A stretch of 54,620 nucleotides of DNA, the filler included, from Sphacelaria rigidula (Eukaryota), in assembly GCA_964200075.2 (NCBI GenBank). It is 3 parts of 3 records of this genome, joined end to end, with 100 filler letters (N's around TTAATTAATTAA, not from the genome) between each part and the next. Parts side by side here need not be neighbours in the genome. Positions count along the whole stretch, not along the records: positions 1 to 18,141 come from CAXNAA020000904.1; 2 more parts are not named here. The stretch is one strand, 5' to 3'. Shown piece after piece: positions 1 to 11,708 of the stretch (position 1 is its first letter; each line of letters begins with the position of its first letter). Under the pieces are notes generated by a model. It did not search any database. It was not told where the DNA came from and saw only the letters and a program-made list of their open reading frames with translations. The position numbers and the translations under genes were made by a program.

Positions 1-3000
1 CGTTATGGCTGATTTCGGACTGCTACACGCTTCTCATGTGGGCGAAGTTGCTGCAAACGAGCCCAAAAGTGGGATTGCAGCCGGTTCGTTGGATGGTGCC
101 GGTGTACGTTTCGCGGGGGGGCTATCTCGGCATTAGTCTCGTATAAGTCCAGGATGAAGCATAGAAGTCCAGGATGAAGCATGAAGCATCCACAACAGAA
201 TCCGAGGTCCGTTTCGGTACATGTACATATCAAATAGGCACAACACAGCAGTCAGTTATGATCGCTTGGAACATCTGCCCCTCCGACGTTGGGGAAAGCT
301 TGACGTGGCGTTCGCGCTGAGATCGTGTAACCGTATCGTTCGGTGATTTCCCGTCCGATAGGTATCCGATAGGCGGTAGGCTACTGCTATACTGATCAAC
401 AGAACTTCACACCGTTGTAGTACCGGCACTGACTGTACTGTCACATGCTTCATCACAGCAGACGGTGGCACCGTAGTATCATGCTGACGGTTGTGTGCTG
501 GGCGGTACATACGTTCATATAGAGGGAACTCTCCATCGAGTTCTTTGTATGGCACGGCGAGTACAGCCGATAAGCTTTTCTAGCTGTATTTCAGAGCTTG
601 TGCTTCCGGTGTCCGCGGGGTCACAAGATATGCCCACATAGATATATGTACCCACGCCTTGGAACCACACGTGCCTACCGCTGGACGTTTCCATATTCCC
701 ACCGTGTGCAAGCCATGTGGCACACTTGTCATACTCCTTACTCCTGCCCTAATATATTGATTTTCAGTGAAGCTCCTTGCAGAAAGGAAACAACCTCATC
801 TCATCTCTCTTCTGTCTCTGCACCTCATCTACACACAGCGTACTTTCATTTCCCCTGGACCGTAATCTTACACAAACTCTACTTTCAGTAGTGGAGAGGA
901 AACCACATATAGTCGAAGAACACGCGCCGTAGCAAGGTGAGTATTTTTGGTAATCTCGATTGCAGGAGCATTGCCTTGTATTTTGCTCACCGGGTTTAGT
1001 ACAGGCGGTCAGGCATTTGTTGCATGGCACGATGTGTGCCTCTTCAAGTTGCGAGATCGACGGCGAATGGTTTGGTGGTTGTGTGCCTTGATAACACTGC
1101 TCCACCAATTGTAGTGTCCAATGGAGCACGGTCTCCGGCACATGCATATCACAGCAAATACATTATTACGTCTATGATCGGTTTCATCTTTATTGCGATG
1201 CTATCATCTTGCTGTTTTGGTCTTGTTCGTCCGTTCACCCCTCGTTTCGTCGAGCTGCACTCATCGAGCTTGTTCCCCACTTGGCCATAAACCAACCAAA
1301 CGAGGGTGGATGTTCGTGCCGCTTGGCAAAATAGAGGGGGCAAAACGTTGAACATTTGCGATGATGGCCGAAAATTGTTGTGTTGCGATCATGTACTGCT
1401 ATTATTGAGTTCCGTGCAAGTGTTGATATCGCCAAGTCCATGGATCAAGCGTCGTGCTTCGGGACTCCCAGTGAGTACTGCCTCCGACATCCAGGCGGTG
1501 CAGCTCTCGTCTTTTCCCCCAGCCCGTAATTTCCTTTGCAAGTAGTTCAACACGAGTTTGTTCTTGGTCGCCGGAACAGTATCTCCAACAGTCGAAGAAA
1601 GAAATCCCGTGGGCAGTCTTTGTGTGAGGGAGGTCATCGCAGTCGTTCTAGCATATTTTTGCGAGTAACGGCGAGCTGCATGGTAGGATAGATCAGCCAT
1701 TTCACCCATCCTTTGATGGTAAAGCGGCCAATGAGTACTGCGCTGCCACCTGCGCCGATGGTTTTCAAGTGTCTGTTAAACACTTGCCTGACGTTTATGG
1801 CAGTCTGGTGTGTACATTACAGGAGATGCGTCTTTTGCTCAGCAGAGAGCCAGTCCGTTTTCCCTCTTTTTTCATGAACGACAGCTGTGGACGATTATAC
1901 CACTTCCATCGCATCTGCGGTCGCTCTTCTCACCCTCTGCCGGGGACTAGCGCACCATGTCATTAGTGTATCGTACTATTTGTACCGCACAGCCCTCTAC
2001 TGCACAATTGCGGCACTGTCCCTCGTTGCTTCTGAAGAGACCGTAAGTTGACTTCTGTATGTGGTCTCAAACTGGATATTGGTCTTCTATGAACGAAGAT
2101 CGCGCATGTTGTCGCGGGGCCTTCACCTCGTTTTCATGCTCTGGCTGTCGACGGTGGTGCGCGCAGCAGTGAAAACCCACGAGTATCCTTCGCGTCTAAT
2201 AATACTTCTGTGCTGTGACTGTTGTTGTGGTATTCCACACCGCAAAACACGTGTTGCATCCATGTTTAGTTCATGGCTCTTTCTCAAGTATGCTCTCCTC
2301 TTGGTACAGAGAGACAGGCTCACCAAGAGGTGAGGTGGAACTAACTGAACCTCTTGTCGACACAACCTGTGTTGCAAGAGCCCATGTTGTCTGGCCTTCG
2401 GGAGTGATAGCCTTGAACTATTGTTGACTGTTGTTGCATGGTACCCGTTGTACCCTTATCATCTGCTTGACTTTATCAACGGATTGCTGTTCGCCCTACG
2501 CCCGCGCACCCTACTGGTTACATCGAGAGAGACCCGATCGAGGCACCACAAATCACTAATAACAATCGCCTCAACTCTAGCTGGTGTATCGAATTTCTTG
2601 TAGTTTGTTCCCTAAACAAACCACTCGCACGTCCCCTGTGGCACTCACGCCCTTGTGCATGTTGTAGTTGGGATTAATGATGGATGAATTCGATTGTTCC
2701 ACCCCGCGTTTTCGTGTGGTTTGCCCCTTTTTGTGTGTTTTCATCACCCCCGGTTTGACCCCGTCCCCTTTCCTTATCTGTTTCTACCAATGATTTCATG
2801 TGTTCCCGGATACTGCACATGTGCTGCATGGTTGGCGATACTCCCGACGTGTCGAACACGACCTGCGAAAGAACGCAAACGCTCTCCCCGAAAATACCGA
2901 CACGAGGACGCCTCGAAGTAGCAGAACACGTAAATATTGTTGGAGGCGTCATCGCCCACAGATACAGGAATGGCGGACTTGGTGGCGAACGGCGGTGAGT

Positions 3001-4282
3001 ATTTTCACGTTTTCCTGCGACTCAGATGCATTCCGTGTGTGGACCAATTTCGTGTCGTGCAAAGGCATGAGCTATGACTGACGTTCCATGTTCGCCCTGA
3101 CGACTTTCTCGAGTCGGTATTTCGCTACGGCACGTGGTGGGTGACACCTATCTTGAGTCAGGCGTATCTCACAACAGTAGTAACGTGCCGTTGCCCTGCG
3201 CCCAGCTCAACTGAACTGCCTCGCGGCATAACTTCTAGACCATGATCAAATTTCACAACGATTTGTGCTCCTCAAAACCTCACATTTAGAACAGAAAAAC
3301 ACGAACTGACTTCTTCTCCCTTGCCGCACATGTTGCTCAGGCTATGCCCCCCCTACAACACTAGAAAATATGATTGGATGTTTATCTCAAACACAAGGTT
3401 CCTGATATATTGTTTTTATTGTTTTCCCCTTGTCCAAAAAAACAAACTCCCCATCCCGACATATTACCATTTCATCCTTGAACCGTACATTACTGTGGAA
3501 TATGCCGGGAATCCCGAGTAGAAATACCTACACTAAAATCAAGATGAAACTTGAAATAAAACTCATGAAAACGCATATAAAAAACATGCAGGGGCGGGGT
3601 CTCTCCTTAGCCCTGTTGTGTTCCGCATGCGAGACAGTGGACCACATGTGAGAACTTCGCTGCAAGAGCCATCGTCGAACAATCCTAGAGTTGTCGACCC
3701 TTCCGGCGTCACGTCTCCTCGCTGAACAAAATTGCCGGCTAAAGTTCGACACCGGCAAACCCAACGCTACAGCTGAGCAGCCCGAATATGTTCGTAAGGA
3801 AAATCCCCAATGATGGTAAACCGTGTATGGCGTGGCCCCCAACCGATGATTTCTGTAATTTTCCAGAGGTGCACGGGATGAAATACGAATCTTCAGGTCA
3901 TCGCCTGCCGAAAGATACTGGGTATCTCAGACAGTAGCTGGAGCATCCCCTGTGCCAAAAATATGGAGAATTCTAGAGTACCTGAAGTATCGTGCGCAAA
4001 AAGTACTGAGTACTTGAGAGTACCTGGACTATCGCCAGCCGAAATTATGGGTCGTCCAGACGACCTCAGTGTTATGCCAAGAGGAAGGAAAAAAATGAAT
4101 ATGTCGGCAGGTATTTTATTTTTACGATTTTTTTTTGTCGCACTCTCAACTCTCCCCCTTTCTGGGGAAGAGTTCATGGTCTTACGGGATCAACCCATCT
4201 CTCTCCGGTAAGCGCTTTGCATTTGGTCTCATGGATCGGGTTAGCACTCCAGCCCGGCGTCAACTCTCGTCGAACTAACTTG

Positions 4283-4582
4283 AACAATGTTTTCGTGATG
4301 TTGAGAGTAGAGCGCTGATTGAGAGAGAATTTTATCATGAGCTTTTAACTGGCCAATTTTTCATTCCGTGTGAGCTCTTCTTTTACTGTAACATTGGCGT
4401 GCGCTTACTGCTGCACCTCGATATCCTACTCGGGGATATGAAGGGCTTCAGTGGCAAGCTACTCCAAAAAGCATATTGGATCTCGTCGAGGGGCATTTTG
4501 GAACTAAAATTATTCATTTACCCACTGACCGCTTTTCACTCTCTATCGTATCCTCTACTATCGATGTCACGAGATCGTTGTT
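4283..4582 (+). mobile_element. MITE family A, copy 1 (~300 bp, ~30-bp TIR AACAATGTTTTCGTGAGATTGAGAGTAGAG)
   Basis: TIRs and internal sequence shared with copies at 12557, 17399, 22085, 25794 and 36483. Flanks cttg/ctta. Confidence 0.85.
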
Positions 4583-4850
4583 CTTAGTATGGTACTCTTC
4601 GTTTCTTTACGTGCTCACGATTCCGACGGTGAAATAAAATGCTCTGAAGAAAAAACCCAACGTATCGGGAATCGAGCTCACGTCATCTCCACCGTAAAGT
4701 TGACAGTCGGGCCGCGGCAGGTAATTTCTCGAAACATCATTTTTGTATGATGTTTTGTCTGCGGGTGTATCGAAGGGCCGGCGGGCCTCTCAAGAAGAGG
4801 CGCGGGTCCAACGGCCGTGACCGCTGGAAAGCTGTCTTCAAGGAGGAACT

Positions 4851-4956
4851 TTAACCCCAAGACTGCGAGGGTAGTCCACCTGGATCATGCGTACATTTTT
4901 TTACTGAAATTTACGCCGATTCAACAGATGACCTGCTCTTGCTGTCCAAGGGTTGT
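4851..4956 (+). mobile_element. piggyBac-like ~100-bp MITE
   Basis: ttaa|ccc...ggg|ttgt (right TSD decayed); homologous to the copies at 24169-24381 and 35961-36067. Confidence 0.75.
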
Positions 4957-6877
4957 TGTTGTTGTCTTCACATTATAAACCGTTCCGATATCTGCGCGGT
5001 ACATTCGTACTGGGCATCTGATGCGGACGCCTTCCGTGGTCACAGGCTAGCGAAAAAACAAGAAAAGACCCAGATTAAAACTCACAAAACGCGATACAAG
5101 CAAAACAGGGATAAATAATAAATAATAAAGAATACATATGGCTCACCTCACAAGATCCGGTGCCGCAGGTGGCCATTCGGACTTCACGAGGTGGCACCCG
5201 GCTTTCCAAGTCGACGCGCGGCGCCGAGTCGAAATCAACGAAGGGTTGAGTGCCAAAATTCTGGTTGACACTACTCCTTTTCCTGTGTCCAAAGTACTTC
5301 AGTCTAAAAATGACGGGGGCGGTTGCTGCAGTTTTGTTCTATCAGATTCAACGGGATAACCTTCGGTAGCATGCTCCCACGCGAAAATATTCGCCTTTCG
5401 TTGACAGGCGCATGATCGCCCTTTTGCAGGGTTTTCACTTGGTTCCAGGGTAGGACAGAGTGCGAGTTGCAACTTCAATTTTTTTCACGAATCAACCGCG
5501 GGTATTCTAGTCCTGCCCGGACATGGTTCGCATTGTACAGCCAGTACTACAGTACTCGTTGTACTGCCACCAAGAACACAGTGTCAACGTCGTCAGGTAT
5601 TGCCGTGGGGGGATGCATATCGTGCAATAAACACTTTCCCGTTCCGCAGTGATATGCATCCTTTGCCATCCGGCTGCCAAATGCGCGGTGGCCGATCTGT
5701 AGCGCCAGATATCCGTACTGATTTTGCGACCTCTCTTCCAAGGACGTCTGCCCTCCTGTCTCAGTTTACTTTGGGCCTTGGAGCATAACCGTTCCCAATC
5801 GACGCCGCTGATGATGAAATATACTTCCAGTAAAAAAACTCCTTATTGTTGAAAAGGAACAACGCGGGGAGAAGAAACAAAGTCATTCGACTACTATCTT
5901 GCAGACCACCACGCTGGATACCAAGCTCACATAATTTTCGACACAACTCAACGTAAGTCGCAGCATAGATGACGACATCGGGACTGTGTACATACACTAC
6001 AGTAATATACACTACCACCACCCCCCAGGCCTGATGTGTGTATTTTTTGCCGACGGAAACTTGAGTATCTTCACGTGTAGGGGTCAGGGGCGGAATTACG
6101 CGGTAGGGTGGGCGACCGGCTTGTGAACACGCTCAAGGGCAGTACAGCCAGCATAAAACTGCACGTTGTTCAAATCTTTTTCACGTCGTTTTGCATGACG
6201 AGAGTAGGGACAGTCCTGTGTTGTATGTACTGCACGTTGCCCTCTTTCTTCACATCCTACTGTACGAAACACACACATTTCGCAAACTCCAGACTGTCTT
6301 GTACTGCCTGTATTGAATCCAAGTGAAGAAGTATCGCTTCACGAATTCCACCGTCTTTTTCGATCGAAACGCAGTCAAACAAACGACTTGAATTCCGCCG
6401 CACCAAGTCGTTCGAGTAGTTTTTTTTAATAAAATATGCCACTAGCATTTTTTTCCGATTAAAAAAGTGCGTGCGATTTGATAGGTGTGCATCATTTGTG
6501 TTCTTAGCTGGCTTCAACTATTATTATAATTGTTTGCGCGCGGATGGAAAGGAAAATATGCCTCTTGTCTTGCCGACCACCACGTTACATACCTCTTGTC
6601 CACAGAACCATGCAAACCTCGCACAATTCCTCACCTACCACCGCAACCCTGCAGCCTAGAGCGCGAGTTGAGCACAGGTATACATGAACATACACAACAG
6701 TAGTGAAGAAACCGGCACTATCACCCTCTTGGTATGATTTTTTTTGTTGGCGAAGCCTCATCATATTTTGTGAAACAGGTCGGGGACGGAATTGCGTATA
6801 CGCTCATGGACAGTTCAGGCAGTACGAGACTTCACGTTGTCCGAGTGCATTTCACGTCGCATAGTTTCCAGAGAGTA

Positions 6878-7683
6878 CTGATTAATTTGATTGATTTTGA
6901 TTGATTGTCGCACTTTACCTGACCCCCCAGGGGTCCAGCCGTGGTCTCGTGATAGACGTACCCAAGGAGAACAAAACTGAAACACTCGCTGAAGAAAATA
7001 AAAATAAGAGACAGAAAAAAGGGAAAATGGGAAGGAAAGTCGAACAGAACGACATAGTAGACTAAGACGTGACAAAAAAGAAAAATAACGATGGTAATAA
7101 AGTCAATCAAAAAAGAAGCACGGAAAGAAATGGCCGACCCAAAACGAAAAAAAGGAAATGAAGAGGAAAGTAAAGAGCAAATGAAATCTATTGAAATAAC
7201 ATGATGAGAAGAAGGAAAAAGCCCAAGGGATTCAGGACAGCAGCGTAGATACATATACAGATACAGATACACACCAGCGGGCACCGCAGAGCCACCGACT
7301 AAGGACATGATCAATAACCGATATGAACAAATAGGATTCTTCGATTGGCAGCCCTCAACGCAGCAGCCTCTCGCTTGTGACGGCGGTCTGCTTTTCGCTT
7401 GCCCGCGCGTCGTCCCGTGTCCTCAAACTCTTCCGCTCCGTTTTCGCTCTAATATGCCATTTGCCCATGTTCTTCGCCGTAGTGACCCAATCCTATGCAT
7501 CGGTAACCTCTACACCCTAGACAAACCACTTTCGTCGGGCTCCTTTGTGCGGGACAGCCCCTAGCGCACGCAGGTTCTTCAAGGGTATCCGCCCATTGCC
7601 TTGGGGAGCGGCCGACCGTTCATGACAGGCTTGGGAAGGCGTGTGTCCTTCTGCCGGACAAGGGCTCCCGTGAAGCAGAGAAC
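6878..7683 (-). mobile_element. 5'-truncated RTE-clade LINE (ORF2 C-terminus, 3'UTR, (AATC)n tail)
   Basis: Minus strand translates, with stops and frameshifts, to LCFTGALVRQKDTRLPKPVMNGR..QWADTL.KNLRALG..DWVTTAKNMGKWH..GAEEF, typical of RTE ORF2 ends. Pyrimidine-rich UTR; tail seen as ttgattgattttgattgattg on +. It splits a family B copy. Confidence 0.8.
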
Positions 7684-8959
7684 AGACAGTCCTATGCAGT
7701 CTGTACCGCACGTTGCCCGCTTATTTTTCACAAATTACAGTACGAAACACATACACACACTGTTGACCAGCAGTACAAGCAGCTGTACCATCTGTACTCC
7801 TTACAAATGAACAACTACCGCTTCACGAATTCCTCTCTCTTCATTCGATAAGCACCTTGCGAATTCGCCTCGACCGAAATGGTGCAAAACGAACGAATTC
7901 GATCTAATCAATATCGCCGCACTTTTGTCTTGATCGATCGCATAAAAATGTGGTGGGGCCGTGTTTTTTTTTTTCTTCGATCGAAAAAATAGTTGAAAAT
8001 AAAAAACCCAATCTGATAAATCATGTCGAAATAGGTGGCGTCAACGTCAGTGGTGACCTATCAGATTGGAAGTTTTGAATTGACAACCTATCAGATCGGA
8101 CGTTTCTTTTCCACGGCACTTTTTTCGATCAAAGAAGGATACTTCGCTGAGACAGGGCCTAAGATACTCCCTTATCAAGTACGTCTTGGTCGAACGGAAA
8201 AGTTCGGCGGAATTGATTCGATGGGATTCATTTGTTTTGCTTAGTTTGGGCCCAAGCAAATTTGCGAGTTTTCGACCGGAAAAAGGTGAAGTTCGTAAAT
8301 CGATATTTGTTCGCTTGTAGTCAGTACAGGCTGTACTGTAAGTACCGTATGCATACAGTGCGTGTGTTTCGTACTGTAACATGTGATGAAGAACAAAAAA
8401 AGGTAGCATTGTGCAGTATGGACAGCTGAGGACTCTTTGTACTCGTGAAGGGGATTTGAACAACATGCAGGTTTTGCATATGCTCTGTCCATGAGCGTGT
8501 ACGCAATTCCGTCGCCGACCCTTGCCGTAGAAGATGCTACGTTTTCTCCAACAAAAAGGAACACGTGCCAAGAGGGTGATAATGCCGGTTCCCAATTACT
8601 GGTGTTTATGTGTGTATTCTTGTGCTCAAGTTGTGCTCTATGCTGCAGGATTGCGGTGATGGCTGAGAAATAGTTGTGTGGGGTTTGCATGGTTCGGTGA
8701 ATGGGTGGTATCTGGCGTGGTCTGGAGGATGGGTGTCAAGTGCCGCTTCGTTCTTCTCCGACGCATGTTTTCGATCAAAAAAATGCGTTTGAAAACAGAT
8801 AATCCGATCTCACAGATAACGATAGGTCGTGCGTCACCAGGTTGATCTGTAGGTCTGCAGGTCACCGGCCGATTTCTGAAACTGAAAAATCTATCACGTG
8901 TCCGGGATATGCGCGTTTTACGGCTAGCCCAGCTCGTACTGAAACAAGAATATATATTG

Positions 8960-9430
8960 ATCTTCACCCTGTGTGATCCTGGCTGATGCGCCCGTACATG
9001 GCGAAAGGTGTAGACTGGCGTCCGGAACAGATGGGATGACAAAACACACACATCGAAGTAATTCGAGTATCGACTGCCGAGTATACTGAGTATTCCCAAG
9101 TGCCGAAATTTCAAGGCCATACTCTTGGTACCCAAAATGTGGGTAGAGTATTGAAATTGTACCCAATCTACCCAAGATTGAGGTAAGAGTATGTTTGCTC
9201 AAATACTACTCAACGGTCGACGAGGGAAAGAGACTGCTACACCCCTCTCGCGATAGAAAAGAAAGGCAATCACCGCAAAAGAAAGGTGGAGAAATATGAC
9301 CAACAAAAAATAAAAAATCTCCTGTGTTAGCCTTCCTCCTGTGTGACCCCGGCTGGTCCGCCCACATACCGAAAGGCGTAGACCGGCGTCCAGAATAGAT
9401 GGGGCGACAACACACACACACACACACACA
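8960..9430 (+). mobile_element. Two short retroelement 3' ends with (CA)n tails (8960-9052, 9330-9430)
   Basis: Both read ctgtgtga.cc.ggctg.t.cgccc..a....cgaaagg.gtagac.ggcgtcc.gaa.agatggg..gacaa followed by (ca)n. Confidence 0.6.
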
Positions 9431-9680
9431 ATCTTCCCAAAATTCGGGTCAAGCAGGCCGTACCTAATTTTCCCATAATTTCGGTAAAGTAAATACCCGG
9501 GTATTTTACCCGAGTATTCAAAAGCACATACCCTCCCCGACCTACCCTTGACTTTTTCGACAGAAAACATGCGGAGGAAAGGTACGAAGGGGCACTTGAT
9601 TCCTACCTTGGAGACCGGTATACAAAATACCACCCAGTCACAGAACCGTGCAAACCCCACACAACTCATTCTCAGCTACC

Positions 9681-10346
9681 CAGTCTTACGCCAAAAAAAA
9701 CAAAACGAAACAGAATCCGACATATTTTCGCCCCAATACGCACACACCGCGCAACCCCAAATTCAGCAAGATGGGATTGTTGTCGATAGTCTACATGACA
9801 TGTGGTCGAAGTTTCAGCACGTGAAAGCACTAACAGCGCTGGCACGGCCGTGTCTCTTGAAGTGAGCACATCTACAGGCGATACCAAGATAAGTACCGCG
9901 TAGAATGACATCATCCAGACGTGTGCAATACGGATCGATGTGTTCGTTTGCCGGGGCAGGAGTCACCTAGCAGGAAGTGAGCGTATCTGCGTGTCAGCAT
10001 ATGCATCCGCTGCCGTCTCTCGCAGTCTGGGTCGAGGGGACTGCGTTTTGAGGGCGTATCGATGGCTTTGCTCAAAATCTTATTTTGCTTGGTTCTACTA
10101 GCGCACCACGTAAAACGTGCCGCCGCTCCGGGACTATGCTGTCTGTGTTGTGGTCTACCTCTGTGCCAAGTTTCAGGCTGGTTCAAACAGATACGGCGGA
10201 GGAATCCACAAGCAAAGTAACCCTTGATTTGTACTGAAAACACAATACTGAACCCTGTTGAACCGTCGAAAGATACATGGAGGTGCCTATGATTTTTGCA
10301 TGCGGGAATCTTGGCAGTTGACTTCTCTTTTTTTGGCGTAAGACTG
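9681..10346. mobile_element. 666-bp non-autonomous DNA transposon with 19-bp perfect TIR CAGTCTTACGCCAAAAAAA
   Basis: TIRs at both ends; interrupts a family B copy, which resumes exactly at 10347. Confidence 0.85.
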
Positions 10347-10884
10347 CACCACCGCAACCCTGCAGCATAGAGTACGAGTTGGGCATAGAAATAGATACAC
10401 TGCAGTGGTTAGGTATATCTTTGTTGGCAAACACTTGAGCATCTTCTTCCATGGTGGGAGTCACCGACGGAACTGCGTGATGAGGTGGACGACTGACTTG
10501 TCTACACGCATGGTCAGTGTAAGCAGTACAAAGCAGCAAGTTGTTCAAGTCCTTTTCACGTCGCACTGTAAGCAGAGAGTGCAGATAGTTCCGCGCTGTC
10601 TGCAGTGCACGTTGCCCCTTTCTCTTGAACATCCTACAGTAGGAAACACACACACACACACATACACAAGCACACTGTATGAATACAGCTCAGGCAGTAC
10701 AGTACTGTACTGCAGACGAGTGAACAAGTGCCGCTTCGCGAATTTCAATCTTGTCGCGATCGATAGCTTGCACATTCATTTGGATCCAACTCGCGCGAAA
10801 TGAACGAATTCGCTCAAATCAATTTCACCGCACTTTTTCAGCGATCGGAAAATGTTGTGCTGAGACACGCCCTAAAACAAATTT

Positions 10885-11302
10885 TGGGTCAAGCATTGAA
10901 ATCGTACCCAACTTACCCAATTTTTGGGAAGAGTATTGAGGTCATACCCAAGTAATAACTCCTTACCGAGGTATTGCTGAGAGTGCTTACTCAATACTTG
11001 GGTAGAGTACTGAGATCGTACCCAAGTGGTACCCTAAACCGAGGTATTGCTGAGAGTGCTTACCCAATATTTGGGTAGGGTATTCGAGGTCGTACCCGAT
11101 CTACCCTAAAATTTTGGTGAAGTGTGTGGTCGTACTCAATCTACCCGAAATTTGGGTGGAGTATTGAGGTCATATATATGTGATACTATACTCTACACTC
11201 CGGTATTGCTGAGAGTGCGCCCCCTATATTTTGGTAGAGTAAATGCCCGGGTATTTTTCCCGAGTTATCAAAATTTTTACACCCTACCCGACCTGCCCTT
11301 AA
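10885..11302 (+). repeat. Degenerate tandem subrepeats (tacccaa/gagtattg) ending in taccctacccgacctgcccttaa; related ends at ~9060-9549 and the inverse end at ~54399-54480
   Basis: Repeated ccgaggtattgctgagagtgcttac blocks; terminal motif shared with 9490-9549 and reverse-complementary to aagggtaggtcgagt at 54400. Confidence 0.6.
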
Positions 11303-11708
11303 ATAGTACCGTACGTAGTATCCGAGATTACCTCAAGTATTTACCTCATATTTTCCGTTTCCCCTGTCCCAAGTACGATTGTAATTTCAACCAAAACATT
11401 GTTTTTCAATACATGTTTTTCCATCAGTAATCTTGGGTCATCTTGTGCCCACGGGGCCAATAATTCGTTCGATCCAAGGGGCTGTACCAACTACAGGCCA
11501 TGACCCACCTCCTCGATTTCGGGAAAACCGGAGACGATTCTATAGCGTTACGTACCTGCTGAAGCAGCCCTGAAAAAGGCTTCGCAGTAATACCGTCTGC
11601 CTGTCTCGCCTACAAAGGGTGAGACGACGTGAGGGCCAACGCGAGAAGCCGCCCACCGACACGTCTGTGTTGTTTCAACATGTAATGGTCACGAAACGCA
11701 CCTGTTCT

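Larger units (their letters stand above)
600..5900 (-). pseudogene. Possible degenerate coding sequence (unidentified TE or pseudogene)
   Basis: Long minus-strand frames broken by few stops and frameshifts, one canonical-looking minus-strand intron (5147-5047) and Cys/Trp-rich segments. No family recognised. Confidence 0.25.
6040..10890. mobile_element. Cluster of four copies of a ~750-bp non-autonomous element (family B), two interrupted by nested insertions
   Basis: Shared blocks (caccgcaaccctgcagc.tagag; cggaattgcgta.acgctcatggacag; tacagtacgaaacacac; cgcttcacgaattc) at ~6040-6470(+), 6540-6875 joined to 7685-8015(+), 8085-8820(-), and 9550-9680 joined to 10347-10890(+). Degenerate TIR tatcagatcgga... 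Confidence 0.75.

Noticed and set aside
1900..2700. Assignment of the Cys-containing decayed frames to a KDZ/CxC transposase
   Set aside because: No catalytic-core motifs of that family could be found in any frame; left unassigned.
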